From positions 62,001 through 126,000 of the forward strand of contig CAXKVF010000087.1 in the NCBI GenBank assembly GCA_964057225.1: a DNA stretch of 64,000 nucleotides, in the 5' to 3' direction. The translations under genes and the position numbers were made by a program. Below the pieces are notes generated by a model. It had not been told where the DNA came from. It did no database searches and worked only from the letters and a program-made list of their open reading frames with translations. Position 1 is the stretch's first letter; each line of letters begins with the position of its first letter. This stretch comes from Auanema rhodensis (Eukaryota > Animalia > Nematoda). Of the stretch, positions 28,501-42,200 are shown in pieces.

Positions 28501-31500
28501 AAATTAGATTCCCCATGTCCATATTAGTCTAAAAACAAATTTTTATCGATATTGGTTCATGGTAACCATGACTTTGAAATTTACGTGAACTTTAATTTAT
28601 GCTAATTAAATGTACACGTGATGTGCACTTGGTATGTAACTCGCTTCACGTGAAAGATAAAGAGATGCGGTTTTCAAAATTAGATTCCCCATGTCCATAT
28701 TAGTCTAAAAACAAATTTTTATTGATATTGGTGCATGGTAACCATGACTTTGAAATTTACGTGAACTTTAATTTATGCTAATTAAATGTACACGTGATGT
28801 GCACTTGGTATGTAACTCGCTTCACGTGAAAGATAAAGAGATGCGGTTTTCAAAATTAGATTCCCCATGTCCATATTAGTCTAAAAACAAATTTTTATTG
28901 ATATTGGTGCATGGTAACCATGACTTTGAAATTTACGTGAACTTTAATTTATGCTAATTAAATGTACACGTGATGTGCACTTGGTATGTAACTCGCTTCA
29001 CGTGAAAGATAAAGAGATGCGGTTTTCAAAATTAGATTCCCCATGTCCATATTAGTCTAAAAACAAATTTTTATTGATATTGGTGCATGGTAACCATGAC
29101 TTTGAAATTTACGTGAACTTTAATTTATGCTAATTAAATGTACACGTGATGTGCACTTGGTATGTAACTCGCTTCACGTGAAAGATAAAGAGATGCGGTT
29201 TTCAAAATTAGATTCCCCATGTCCATATTAGTCTAAAAACAAATTTTTATTGATATTGGTGCATGGTAACCATGACTTTGAAATTTACGTGAACTTTAAT
29301 TTATGCTAATTAAATGTACACTTGATGTGCACTTGGTATGTAACTCGCTTCACGTGAAAGATAAAGAGATGCGGTTTTCAAAATTAGATTCCCCATGTCC
29401 ATATTAGTCTAAAAACAAATTTTTATTGATATTGGTGCATGGTAACCATGACTTTGAAATTTACGTGAACTTTAATTTATGCTAATTAAATGTACACGTG
29501 ATGTGCACTTGGTATGTAACTCGCTTCACGTGAAAGATAAAGAGATGCGGTTTTCAAAATTAGATTCCCCATGTCCATATTAGTCTAAAAACAAATTTTT
29601 ATTGATATTGGTGCATGGTAACCATGACTTTGAAATTTACGTGAACTTTAATTTATGCTAATTAAATGTACACGTGATGTGCACTTGGTATGTAACTCGC
29701 TTCACGTGAAAGATAAAGAGATACGGTTTTCAAAATTAGATTCCCCATGTCCATATTAGTCTAAAAACAAATTTTTATTGATATTGGTGCATGGTAACCG
29801 TGACTTTGAAATTTACGTGAACTTTAATTTATGCTAATTAAATGTACACGTGATGTGCACTTGGTATGTAACTCGCTTCACGTGAAAGATAAAGAGATGC
29901 GGTTTTCAAAATTAGATTCCCCATGTCCATATTAGTCTAAAAACAAATTTTTATTGATATTGGTGCATGGTAACCATGACTTTGAAATTTACGTGAACTT
30001 TAATTTATGCTAATTAAATGTACACGTGATGTGCACTTGGTATGTAACTCGCTTCACGTGAAAGATAAAGAGATGCGGTTTTCAAAATTAGATTCCCCAT
30101 GTCCATATTAGTCTAAAAACAAATTTTTATTGATATTGGTGCATGGTAACCATGACTTTGAAATTTACGTGAACTTTAATTTATGCTAATTAAATGTACA
30201 CGTGATGTGCACTTGGTATGTAACTCGCTTCACGTGAAAGATAAAGAGATGCGGTTTTCAAAATTAGATTCCCCATGTCCATATTAGTCTAAAAACAAAT
30301 TTTTATTGATATTGGTGCATGGTAACCATGACTTTGAAATTTACGTGAACTTTAATTTATGCTAATTAAATGTACACGTGATGTGCACTTGGTATGTAAC
30401 TCGCTTCACGTGAAAGATAAAGAGATGCGGTTTTCAAAATTAGATTCCCCATGTCCATATTAGTCTAAAAACAAATTTTTATTGATATTGGTGCATGGTA
30501 ACCATGACTTTGAAATTTACGTGAACTTTAATTTATGCTAATTAAATGTACACGTGATGTGCACTTGGTATGTAACTCGCTTCACGTGAAAGATAAAGAG
30601 ATGCGGTTTTCAAAATTAGATTCCCCATGTCCATATTAGTCTAAAAACAAATTTTTATTGATATTGGTGCATGGTAACCATGACTTTGAAATTTACGTGA
30701 ACTTTAATTTATGCTAATTAAATGTACACGTGATGTGCAATTGGTATGTAACTCGCTTCACGTGAAAGATAAAGAGATGCGGTTTTCAAAATTAGATTCC
30801 CCATGTCCATATTAGTCTAAAAACAAATTTTTATTGATATTGCTTCATGGTAACCATGACTTTGAAATTTACGTGAACTTTAATTTATGCTAATTAAATG
30901 TACACGTGATGTGCACTTGGTATGTAACTCGCTTCACGTGAAAGATAAAGAGATGCGGTTTTCAAAATTAGATTCCCCATGTCCATATTAGTCTAAAAAC
31001 AAATTTTTATCGATATTGGTTCATGGTAACCATGACTTTGAAATTTACGTGAACTTTAATTTATGCTAATTAAATGTACACGTGATGTGCACTTGGTATG
31101 TAACTCGCTTCACGTGAAAGATAAAGAGATGCGGTTTTCAAAATTAGATTCCCCATGTCCATATTAGTCTAAAAACAAATTTTTATTGATATTGGTGCAT
31201 GGTAACCATGACTTTGAAATTTACGTGAACTTTAATTTATGCTAATTAAATGTACACGTGATGTGCACTTGGTATGTAACTCGCTTCACGTGAAAGATAA
31301 AGAGATGCGGTTTTCAAAATTAGATTCCCCATGTCCATATTAGTCTAAAAACAAATTTTTATTGATATTGCTTCATGGTAACCATGACTTTGAAATTTAC
31401 GTGAACTTTAATTTATGCTAATTAAATGTACACGTGATGTGCACTTGGTATGTAACTCGCTTCACGTGAAAGATAAAGAGATGCGGTTTTCAAAATTAGA

Positions 31501-32736
31501 TTCCCCATGTCCATATTAGTCTAAAAACAAATTTTTATTGATATTGCTTCATGGTAACCATGACTTTGAAATTTACGTGAACTTTAATTTATGCTAATTA
31601 AATGTACACGTGATGTGCACTTGGTATGTAACTTGCTTCACGTGAAAGATAAAGAGATGCGGTTTTCACAATTAGATTCCCCATGTCCATATTAGTCTAA
31701 AAACAAATTTTTATTGATATTGGTGCATGGTAACCATGACTTTGAAATTTACGTGAACTTTAATTTATGCTAATTAAATGTACACTTGATGTGCACTTGG
31801 TATGTAACTCGCTTCACGTGAAAGATAAAGAGATGCGGTTTTCAAAATTAGATTCCCCATGTCCATATTAGTCTAAAAACAAATTTTTATTGATATTGGT
31901 GCATGGTAACCATGACTTTGAAATTTACGTGAACTTTAATTTATGCTAATTAAATGTACACGTGATGTGCACTTGGTATGTAACTCGCTTCACGTGAAAG
32001 ATAAAGAGATGCGGTTTTCAAAATTAGATTCCCCATGTCCATATTAGTCTAAAAACAAATTTTTATTGATATTGGTGCATGGTAACCATGACTTTGAAAT
32101 TTACGTGAACTTTAATTTATGCTAATTAAATGTACACGTGATGTGCAATTGGTATGTAACTCGCTTCACGTGAAAGATAAAGAGATGCGGTTTTCAAAAT
32201 TAGATTCCCCATGTCCATATTAGTCTAAAAACAAATTTTTATTGATATTGCTTCATGGTAACCATGACTTTGAAATTTACGTGAACTTTAATTTATGCTA
32301 ATTAAATGTACACGTGATGTGCACTTGGTATGTAACTCGCTTCACGTGAAAGATAAAGAGATGCGGTTTTCAAAATTAGATTCCCCATGTCCATATTAGT
32401 CTAAAAACAAATTTTTATCGATATTGGTTCATGGTAACCATGACTTTGAAATTTACGTGAACTTTAATTTATGCTAATTAAATGTACACGTGATGTGCAC
32501 TTGGTATGTAACTCGCTTCACGTGAAAGATAAAGAGATGCGGTTTTCAAAATTAGATTCCCCATGTCCATATTAGTCTAAAAACAAATTTTTATTGATAT
32601 TGGTGCATGGTAACCATGACTTTGAAATTTACGTGAACTTTAATTTATGCTAATTAAATGTACACGTGATGTGCACTTGGTATGTAACTCGCTTCACGTG
32701 AAAGATAAAGAGATGCGGTTTTCAAAATTAGATTCC
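25521..32736 (+). repeat. 19-monomer block (25521-28864) duplicated at a 22-monomer offset (29393-32736)
   Basis: Identical variant order; C130T at 27762 and 31634 (3872 = 22x176 apart). Confidence 0.85.
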
Positions 32737-35700
32737 CCATGTCCATATTAGTCTAAAAACAAATTTTTATTGATATTGGTGCATGGTAACCGTGACTTTG
32801 AAATTTACGTGAACTTTAATTTATGCTAATTAAATGTACACGTGATGTGCACTTGGTATGTAACTCGCTTCACGTGAAAGATAAAGAGATGCGGTTTTCA
32901 AAATTAGATTCCCCATGTCCATATTAGTCTAAAAACAAATTTTTATTGATATTGGTGCATGGTAACCATGACTTTGAAATTTACGTGAACTTTAATTTAT
33001 GCTAATTAAATGTACACGTGATGTGCACTTGGTATGTAACTCGCTTCACGTGAAAGATAAAGAGATGCGGTTTTCAAAATTAGATTCCCCATGTCCATAT
33101 TACTCTAAAAACAAATTTTTATTGATATTGGTGCATGGTAACCATGACTTTGAAATTTACGTGAACTTTAATTTATGCTAATTAAATGTACACGTGATGT
33201 GCACTTGGTATGTAACTCGCTTCACGTGAAAGATAAAGAGATGCGGTTTTCAAAATTAGATTCCCCATGTCCATATTAGTCTAAAAACAAATTTTTATTG
33301 ATATTGGTGCATGGTAACCATGACTTTGAAATTTACGTGAACTTTAATTTATGCTAATTAAATGTACACGTGATGTGCACTTGGTATGTAACTCGCTTCA
33401 CGTGAAAGATAAAGAGATACGGTTTTCAAAATTAGATTCCCCATGTCCATATTAGTCTAAAAACAAATTTTTATTGATATTGGTGCATGGTAACCATGAC
33501 TTTGAAATTTACGTGAACTTTAATTTATGCTAATTAAATGTACACTTGATGTGCACTTGGTATGTAACTCGCTTCACGTGAAAGATAAAGAGATGCGGTT
33601 TTCAAAATTAGATTCCCCATGTCCATATTAGTCTAAAAACAAATTTTTATTGATATTGCTTCATGGTAACCATGACTTTGAAATTTACGTGAACTTTAAT
33701 TTATGCTAATTAAATGTACACGTGATGTGCACTTGGTATGTAACTCGCTTCACGTGAAAGATAAAGAGATGCGGTTTTCAAAATTAGATTCCCCATGTCC
33801 ATATTAGTCTAAAAACAAATTTTTATTGATATTGCTTCATGGTAACCATGACTTTGAAATTTACGTGAACTTTAATTTATGCTAATTAAATGTACACGTG
33901 ATGTGCACTTGGTATGTAACTTGCTTCACGTGAAAGATAAAGAGATGCGGTTTTCACAATTAGATTCCCCATGTCCATATTAGTCTAAAAACAAATTTTT
34001 ATTGATATTGGTGCATGGTAACCATGACTTTGAAATTTACGTGAACTTTAATTTATGCTAATTAAATGTACACTTGATGTGCACTTGGTATGTAACTCGC
34101 TTCACGTGAAAGATAAAGAGATGCGGTTTTCAAAATTAGATTCCCCATGTCCATATTAGTCTAAAAACAAATTTTTATTGATATTGGTGCATGGTAACCA
34201 TGACTTTGAAATTTACGTGAACTTTAATTTATGCTAATTAAATGTACACGTGATGTGCACTTGGTATGTAACTCGCTTCACGTGAAAGATAAAGAGATGC
34301 GGTTTTCAAAATTAGATTCCCCATGTCCATATTAGTCTAAAAACAAATTTTTATTGATATTGGTGCATGGTAACCATGACTTTGAAATTTACGTGAACTT
34401 TAATTTATGCTAATTAAATGTACACGTGATGTGCAATTGGTATGTAACTCGCTTCACGTGAAAGATAAAGAGATGCGGTTTTCAAAATTAGATTCCCCAT
34501 GTCCATATTAGTCTAAAAACAAATTTTTATTGATATTGGTTCATGGTAACCATGACTTTGAAATTTACGTGAACTTTAATTTATGCTAATTAAATGTACA
34601 CGTGATGTGCACTTGGTATGTAACTCGCTTCACGTGAAAGATAAAGAGATGCGGTTTTCAAAATTAGATTCCCCATGTCCATATTAGTCTAAAAACAAAT
34701 TTTTATTGATATTGGTGCATGGTAACCATGACTTTGAAATTTACGTGAACTTTAATTTATGCTAATTAAATGTACACGTGATGTGCACTTGGTATGTAAC
34801 TCGCTTCACGTGAAAGATAAAGAGATGCGGTTTTCAAAATTAGATTCCCCATGTCCATATTAGTCTAAAAACAAATTTTTATTGATATTGGTGCATGGTA
34901 ACCATGACTTTGAAATTTACGTGAACTTTAATTTATGCTAATTAAATGTACACGTGATGTGCACTTGGTATGTAACTCGCTTCACGTGAAAGATAAAGAG
35001 ATACGGTTTTCAAAATTAGATTCCCCATGTCCATATTAGTCTAAAAACAAATTTTTATTGATATTGGTGCATGGTAACCGTGACTTTGAAATTTACGTGA
35101 ACTTTAATTTATGCTAATTAAATGTACACGTGATGTGCACTTGGTATGTAACTCGCTTCACGTGAAAGATAAAGAGATGCGGTTTTCAAAATTAGATTCC
35201 CCATGTCCATATTAGTCTAAAAACAAATTTTTATTGATATTGGTGCATGGTAACCATGACTTTGAAATTTACGTGAACTTTAATTTATGCTAATTAAATG
35301 TACACGTGATGTGCACTTGGTATGTAACTCGCTTCACGTGAAAGATAAAGAGATGCGGTTTTCAAAATTAGATTCCCCATGTCCATATTACTCTAAAAAC
35401 AAATTTTTATTGATATTGGTGCATGGTAACCATGACTTTGAAATTTACGTGAACTTTAATTTATGCTAATTAAATGTACACGTGATGTGCACTTGGTATG
35501 TAACTCGCTTCACGTGAAAGATAAAGAGATGCGGTTTTCAAAATTAGATTCCCCATGTCCATATTAGTCTAAAAACAAATTTTTATTGATATTGGTGCAT
35601 GGTAACCATGACTTTGAAATTTACGTGAACTTTAATTTATGCTAATTAAATGTACACGTGATGTGCAATTGGTATGTAACTCGCTTCACGTGAAAGATAA

Positions 35701-36608
35701 AGAGATGCGGTTTTCAAAATTAGATTCCCCATGTCCATATTAGTCTAAAAACAAATTTTTATTGATATTGCTTCATGGTAACCATGACTTTGAAATTTAC
35801 GTGAACTTTAATTTATGCTAATTAAATGTACACGTGATGTGCACTTGGTATGTAACTCGCTTCACGTGAAAGATAAAGAGATGCGGTTTTCAAAATTAGA
35901 TTCCCCATGTCCATATTAGTCTAAAAACAAATTTTTATCGATATTGGTTCATGGTAACCATGACTTTGAAATTTACGTGAACTTTAATTTATGCTAATTA
36001 AATGTACACGTGATGTGCACTTGGTATGTAACTCGCTTCACGTGAAAGATAAAGAGATGCGGTTTTCAAAATTAGATTCCCCATGTCCATATTAGTCTAA
36101 AAACAAATTTTTATTGATATTGGTGCATGGTAACCATGACTTTGAAATTTACGTGAACTTTAATTTATGCTAATTAAATGTACACGTGATGTGCACTTGG
36201 TATGTAACTCGCTTCACGTGAAAGATAAAGAGATGCGGTTTTCAAAATTAGATTCCCCATGTCCATATTAGTCTAAAAACAAATTTTTATTGATATTGGT
36301 GCATGGTAACCATGACTTTGAAATTTACGTGAACTTTAATTTATGCTAATTAAATGTACACGTGATGTGCACTTGGTATGTAACTCGCTTCACGTGAAAG
36401 ATAAAGAGATACGGTTTTCAAAATTAGATTCCCCATGTCCATATTAGTCTAAAAACAAATTTTTATTGATATTGGTTCATGGTAACCATGACTTTGAAAT
36501 TTACGTGAACTTTAATTTATGCTAATTAAATGTACACGTGATGTGCACTTGGTATGTAACTCGCTTCACGTGAAAGATAAAGAGATGCGGTTTTCAAAAT
36601 TAGATTTC

Positions 36609-39248
36609 CCATGTCCATATTAGTCTAAAAACAAATTTTTATTGATATTGCTTCATGGTAACCATGACTTTGAAATTTACGTGAACTTTAATTTATGCTA
36701 ATTAAATGTACACTTGATGTGCACTTGGTATGTAACTCGCTTCACGTGAAAGATAAAGAGATGCGGTTTTCAAAATTAGATTCCCCATGTCCATATTAGT
36801 CTAAAAACAAATTTTTATTGATATTGGTGCATGGTAACCATGACTTTGAAATTTACGTGAACTTTAATTTATGCTAATTAAATGTACACTTGATGTGCAC
36901 TTGGTATGTAACTCGCTTCACGTGAAAGATAAAGAGATGCGGTTTTCAAAATTAGATTCCCCATGTCCATATTAGTCTAAAAACAAATTTTTATTGATAT
37001 TGCTTCATGGTAACCATGACTTTGAAATTTACGTGAACTTTAATTTATGCTAATTAAATGTACACGTGATGTGCACTTGGTATGTAACTCGCTTCACGTG
37101 AAAGATAAAGAGATGCGGTTTTCAAAATTAGATTCCCCATGTCCATATTAGTCTAAAAACAAATTTTTATCGATATTGGTTCATGGTAACCATGACTTTG
37201 AAATTTACGTGAACTTTAATTTATGCTAATTAAATGTACACGTGATGTGCACTTGGTATGTAACTCGCTTCACGTGAAAGATAAAGAGATGCGGTTTTCA
37301 AAATTAGATTCCCCATGTCCATATTAGTCTAAAAACAAATTTTTATTGATATTGGTGCATGGTAACCATGACTTTGAAATTTACGTGAACTTTAATTTAT
37401 GCTAATTAAATGTACACGTGATGTGCACTTGGTATGTAACTCGCTTCACGTGAAAGATAAAGAGATGCGGTTTTCAAAATTAGATTTCCCATGTCCATAT
37501 TAGTCTAAAAACAAATTTTTATTGATATTGCTTCATGGTAACCATGACTTTGAAATTTACGTGAACTTTAATTTATGCTAATTAAATGTACACTTGATGT
37601 GCACTTGGTATGTAACTCGCTTCACGTGAAAGATAAAGAGATGCGGTTTTCAAAATTAGATTCCCCATGTCCATATTAGTCTAAAAACAAATTTTTATTG
37701 ATATTGGTGCATGGTAACCATGACTTTGAAATTTACGTGAACTTTAATTTATGCTAATTAAATGTACACTTGATGTGCACTTGGTATGTAACTCGCTTCA
37801 CGTGAAAGATAAAGAGATGCGGTTTTCAAAATTAGATTCCCCATGTCCATATTAGTCTAAAAACAAATTTTTATTGATATTGCTTCATGGTAACCATGAC
37901 TTTGAAATTTACGTGAACTTTAATTTATGCTAATTAAATGTACACGTGATGTGCACTTGGTATGTAACTCGCTTCACGTGAAAGATAAAGAGATGCGGTT
38001 TTCAAAATTAGATTCCCCATGTCCATATTAGTCTAAAAACAAATTTTTATCGATATTGGTTCATGGTAACCATGACTTTGAAATTTACGTGAACTTTAAT
38101 TTATGCTAATTAAATGTACACGTGATGTGCACTTGGTATGTAACTCGCTTCACGTGAAAGATAAAGAGATGCGGTTTTCAAAATTAGATTCCCCATGTCC
38201 ATATTAGTCTAAAAACAAATTTTTATTGATATTGGTGCATGGTAACCATGACTTTGAAATTTACGTGAACTTTAATTTATGCTAATTAAATGTACACGTG
38301 ATGTGCACTTGGTATGTAACTCGCTTCACGTGAAAGATAAAGAGATGCGGTTTTCAAAATTAGATTTCCCATGTCCATATTAGTCTAAAAACAAATTTTT
38401 ATTGATATTGCTTCATGGTAACCATGACTTTGAAATTTACGTGAACTTTAATTTATGCTAATTAAATGTACACTTGATGTGCACTTGGTATGTAACTCGC
38501 TTCACGTGAAAGATAAAGAGATGCGGTTTTCAAAATTAGATTCCCCATGTCCATATTAGTCTAAAAACAAATTTTTATTGATATTGGTGCATGGTAACCA
38601 TGACTTTGAAATTTACGTGAACTTTAATTTATGCTAATTAAATGTACACTTGATGTGCACTTGGTATGTAACTCGCTTCACGTGAAAGATAAAGAGATGC
38701 GGTTTTCAAAATTAGATTCCCCATGTCCATATTAGTCTAAAAACAAATTTTTATTGATATTGCTTCATGGTAACCATGACTTTGAAATTTACGTGAACTT
38801 TAATTTATGCTAATTAAATGTACACGTGATGTGCACTTGGTATGTAACTCGCTTCACGTGAAAGATAAAGAGATGCGGTTTTCAAAATTAGATTCCCCAT
38901 GTCCATATTAGTCTAAAAACAAATTTTTATCGATATTGGTTCATGGTAACCATGACTTTGAAATTTACGTGAACTTTAATTTATGCTAATTAAATGTACA
39001 CGTGATGTGCACTTGGTATGTAACTCGCTTCACGTGAAAGATAAAGAGATGCGGTTTTCAAAATTAGATTCCCCATGTCCATATTAGTCTAAAAACAAAT
39101 TTTTATTGATATTGGTGCATGGTAACCATGACTTTGAAATTTACGTGAACTTTAATTTATGCTAATTAAATGTACACGTGATGTGCACTTGGTATGTAAC
39201 TCGCTTCACGTGAAAGATAAAGAGATGCGGTTTTCAAAATTAGATTCC
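36609..39248 (+). repeat. 5-mer HOR (880 bp) x3, third distinct variant set
   Basis: Cycle G43C+G106T / G106T / G43C / T35C / G45(+C175T), starting at 36609, 37489 and 38369. Confidence 0.92.
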
Positions 39249-42200
39249 CCATGTCCATATTAGTCTAAAAACAAATTTTTATTGATATTGGTGCATGGTA
39301 ACCATGACTTTGAAATTTACGTGAACTTTAATTTATGCTAATTAAATGTACACGTGATGTGCACTTGGTATGTAACTCGCTTCACGTGAAAGATAAAGAG
39401 ATGCGGTTTTCAAAATTAGATTCCCCATGTCCATATTACTCTAAAAACAAATTTTTATTGATATTGGTGCATGGTAACCATGACTTTGAAATTTACGTGA
39501 ACTTTAATTTATGCTAATTAAATGTACACGTGATGTGCACTTGGTATGTAACTCGCTTCACGTGAAAGATAAAGAGATGCGGTTTTCAAAATTAGATTTC
39601 CCATGTCCATATTAGTCTAAAAACAAATTTTTATTGATATTGCTTCATGGTAACCATGACTTTGAAATTTACGTGAACTTTAATTTATGCTAATTAAATG
39701 TACACTTGATGTGCACTTGGTATGTAACTCGCTTCACGTGAAAGATAAAGAGATGCGGTTTTCAAAATTAGATTCCCCATGTCCATATTAGTCTAAAAAC
39801 AAATTTTTATTGATATTGGTGCATGGTAACCATGACTTTGAAATTTACGTGAACTTTAATTTATGCTAATTAAATGTACACTTGATGTGCACTTGGTATG
39901 TAACTCGCTTCACGTGAAAGATAAAGAGATGCGGTTTTCAAAATTAGATTCCCCATGTCCATATTAGTCTAAAAACAAATTTTTATTGATATTGGTGCAT
40001 GGTAACCATGACTTTGAAATTTACGTGAACTTTAATTTATGCTAATTAAATTTAGACGTGATGTGCACTTGGTATGTAACTCGCTTCACGTGAAAGATAA
40101 AGAGATGCGGTTTTCAAAATTAGATTCCCCATGTCCATATTAGTCTAAAAACAAATTTTTATCGATATTGGTTCATGGTAACCATGACTTTGAAATTTAC
40201 GTGAACTTTAATTTATGCTAATTAAATGTACACGTGATGTGCACTTGGTATGTAACTCGCTTCACGTGAAAGATAAAGAGATGCGGTTTTCAAAATTAGA
40301 TTCCCCATGTCCATATTAGTCTAAAAACAAATTTTTATTGATATTGGTGCATGGTAACCATGACTTTGAAATTTACGTGAACTTTAATTTATGCTAATTA
40401 AATGTACACGTGATGTGCACTTGGTATGTAACTCGCTTCACGTGAAAGATAAAGAGATGCGGTTTTCAAAATTAGATTCCCCATGTCCATATTAGTCTAA
40501 AAACAAATTTTTATTGATATTGGTGCATGGTAACCATGACTTTGAAATTTACGTGAACTTTAATTTATGCTAATTAAATGTACACGTGATGTGCACTTGG
40601 TATGTAACTCGCTTCACGTGAAAGATAAAGAGATACGGTTTTCAAAATTAGATTCCCCATGTCCATATTAGTCTAAAAACAAATTTTTATTGATATTGGT
40701 GCATGGTAACCGTGACTTTGAAATTTACGTGAACTTTAATTTATGCTAATTAAATGTACACGTGATGTGCACTTGGTATGTAACTCGCTTCACGTGAAAG
40801 ATAAAGAGATGCGGTTTTCAAAATTAGATTCCCCATGTCCATATTAGTCTAAAAACAAATTTTTATTGATATTGGTGCATGGTAACCATGACTTTGAAAT
40901 TTACGTGAACTTTAATTTATGCTAATTAAATGTACACGTGATGTGCACTTGGTATGTAACTCGCTTCACGTGAAAGATAAAGAGATGCGGTTTTCAAAAT
41001 TAGATTCCCCATGTCCATATTACTCTAAAAACAAATTTTTATTGATATTGGTGCATGGTAACCATGACTTTGAAATTTACGTGAACTTTAATTTATGCTA
41101 ATTAAATGTACACGTGATGTGCACTTGGTATGTAACTCGCTTCACGTGAAAGATAAAGAGATGCGGTTTTCAAAATTAGATTTCCCATGTCCATATTAGT
41201 CTAAAAACAAATTTTTATTGATATTGCTTCATGGTAACCATGACTTTGAAATTTACGTGAACTTTAATTTATGCTAATTAAATGTACACTTGATGTGCAC
41301 TTGGTATGTAACTCGCTTCACGTGAAAGATAAAGAGATGCGGTTTTCAAAATTAGATTCCCCATGTCCATATTAGTCTAAAAACAAATTTTTATTGATAT
41401 TGGTGCATGGTAACCATGACTTTGAAATTTACGTGAACTTTAATTTATGCTAATTAAATGTACACTTGATGTGCACTTGGTATGTAACTCGCTTCACGTG
41501 AAAGATAAAGAGATGCGGTTTTCAAAATTAGATTCCCCATGTCCATATTAGTCTAAAAACAAATTTTTATTGATATTGGTGCATGGTAACCATGACTTTG
41601 AAATTTACGTGAACTTTAATTTATGCTAATTAAATTTAGACGTGATGTGCACTTGGTATGTAACTCGCTTCACGTGAAAGATAAAGAGATGCGGTTTTCA
41701 AAATTAGATTCCCCATGTCCATATTAGTCTAAAAACAAATTTTTATTGATATTGGTGCATGGTAACCATGACTTTGAAATTTACGTGAACTTTAATTTAT
41801 GCTAATTAAATGTACACGTGATGTGCACTTGGTATGTAACTCGCTTCACGTGAAAGATAAAGAGATGCGGTTTTCAAAATTAGATTCCCCATGTCCATAT
41901 TAGTCTAAAAACGAATTTTTATTGATATTGGTGCATGGTAACCACGACTTTGAAATTTACGTGAACTTTAATTTATGCTAATTAAATGTACACGTGATGT
42001 GCACTTGGTATGTAACTCGCTTCACGTGAAAGATAAAGAGATGCGGTTTTCAAAATTAGATTCCCCATGTCCATATTAGTCTAAAAACAAATTTTTATTG
42101 ATATTGGTTCATGGTAACCATGACTTTGAATTTTACGTGAACTTTTATTTATGCTAATTAAATGTACACGTGATGTGCACTTGGTATGTAACTCGCTTCA

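Noticed and set aside
24199-41101. Five identical 60-aa ORFs (24199, 32999, 35287, 39335, 40919)
   Set aside because: Nearly every monomer has the ATG at position 87 and a 34-codon frame ending at TAG. The ORF lengthens only where G15C turns TAG into TAC (24303, 33103, 35391, 39439, 41023). The spacings are multiples of 176, the unit length is not a multiple of 3, and the peptide has no recognisable domain. It is a variant marker, not a gene.
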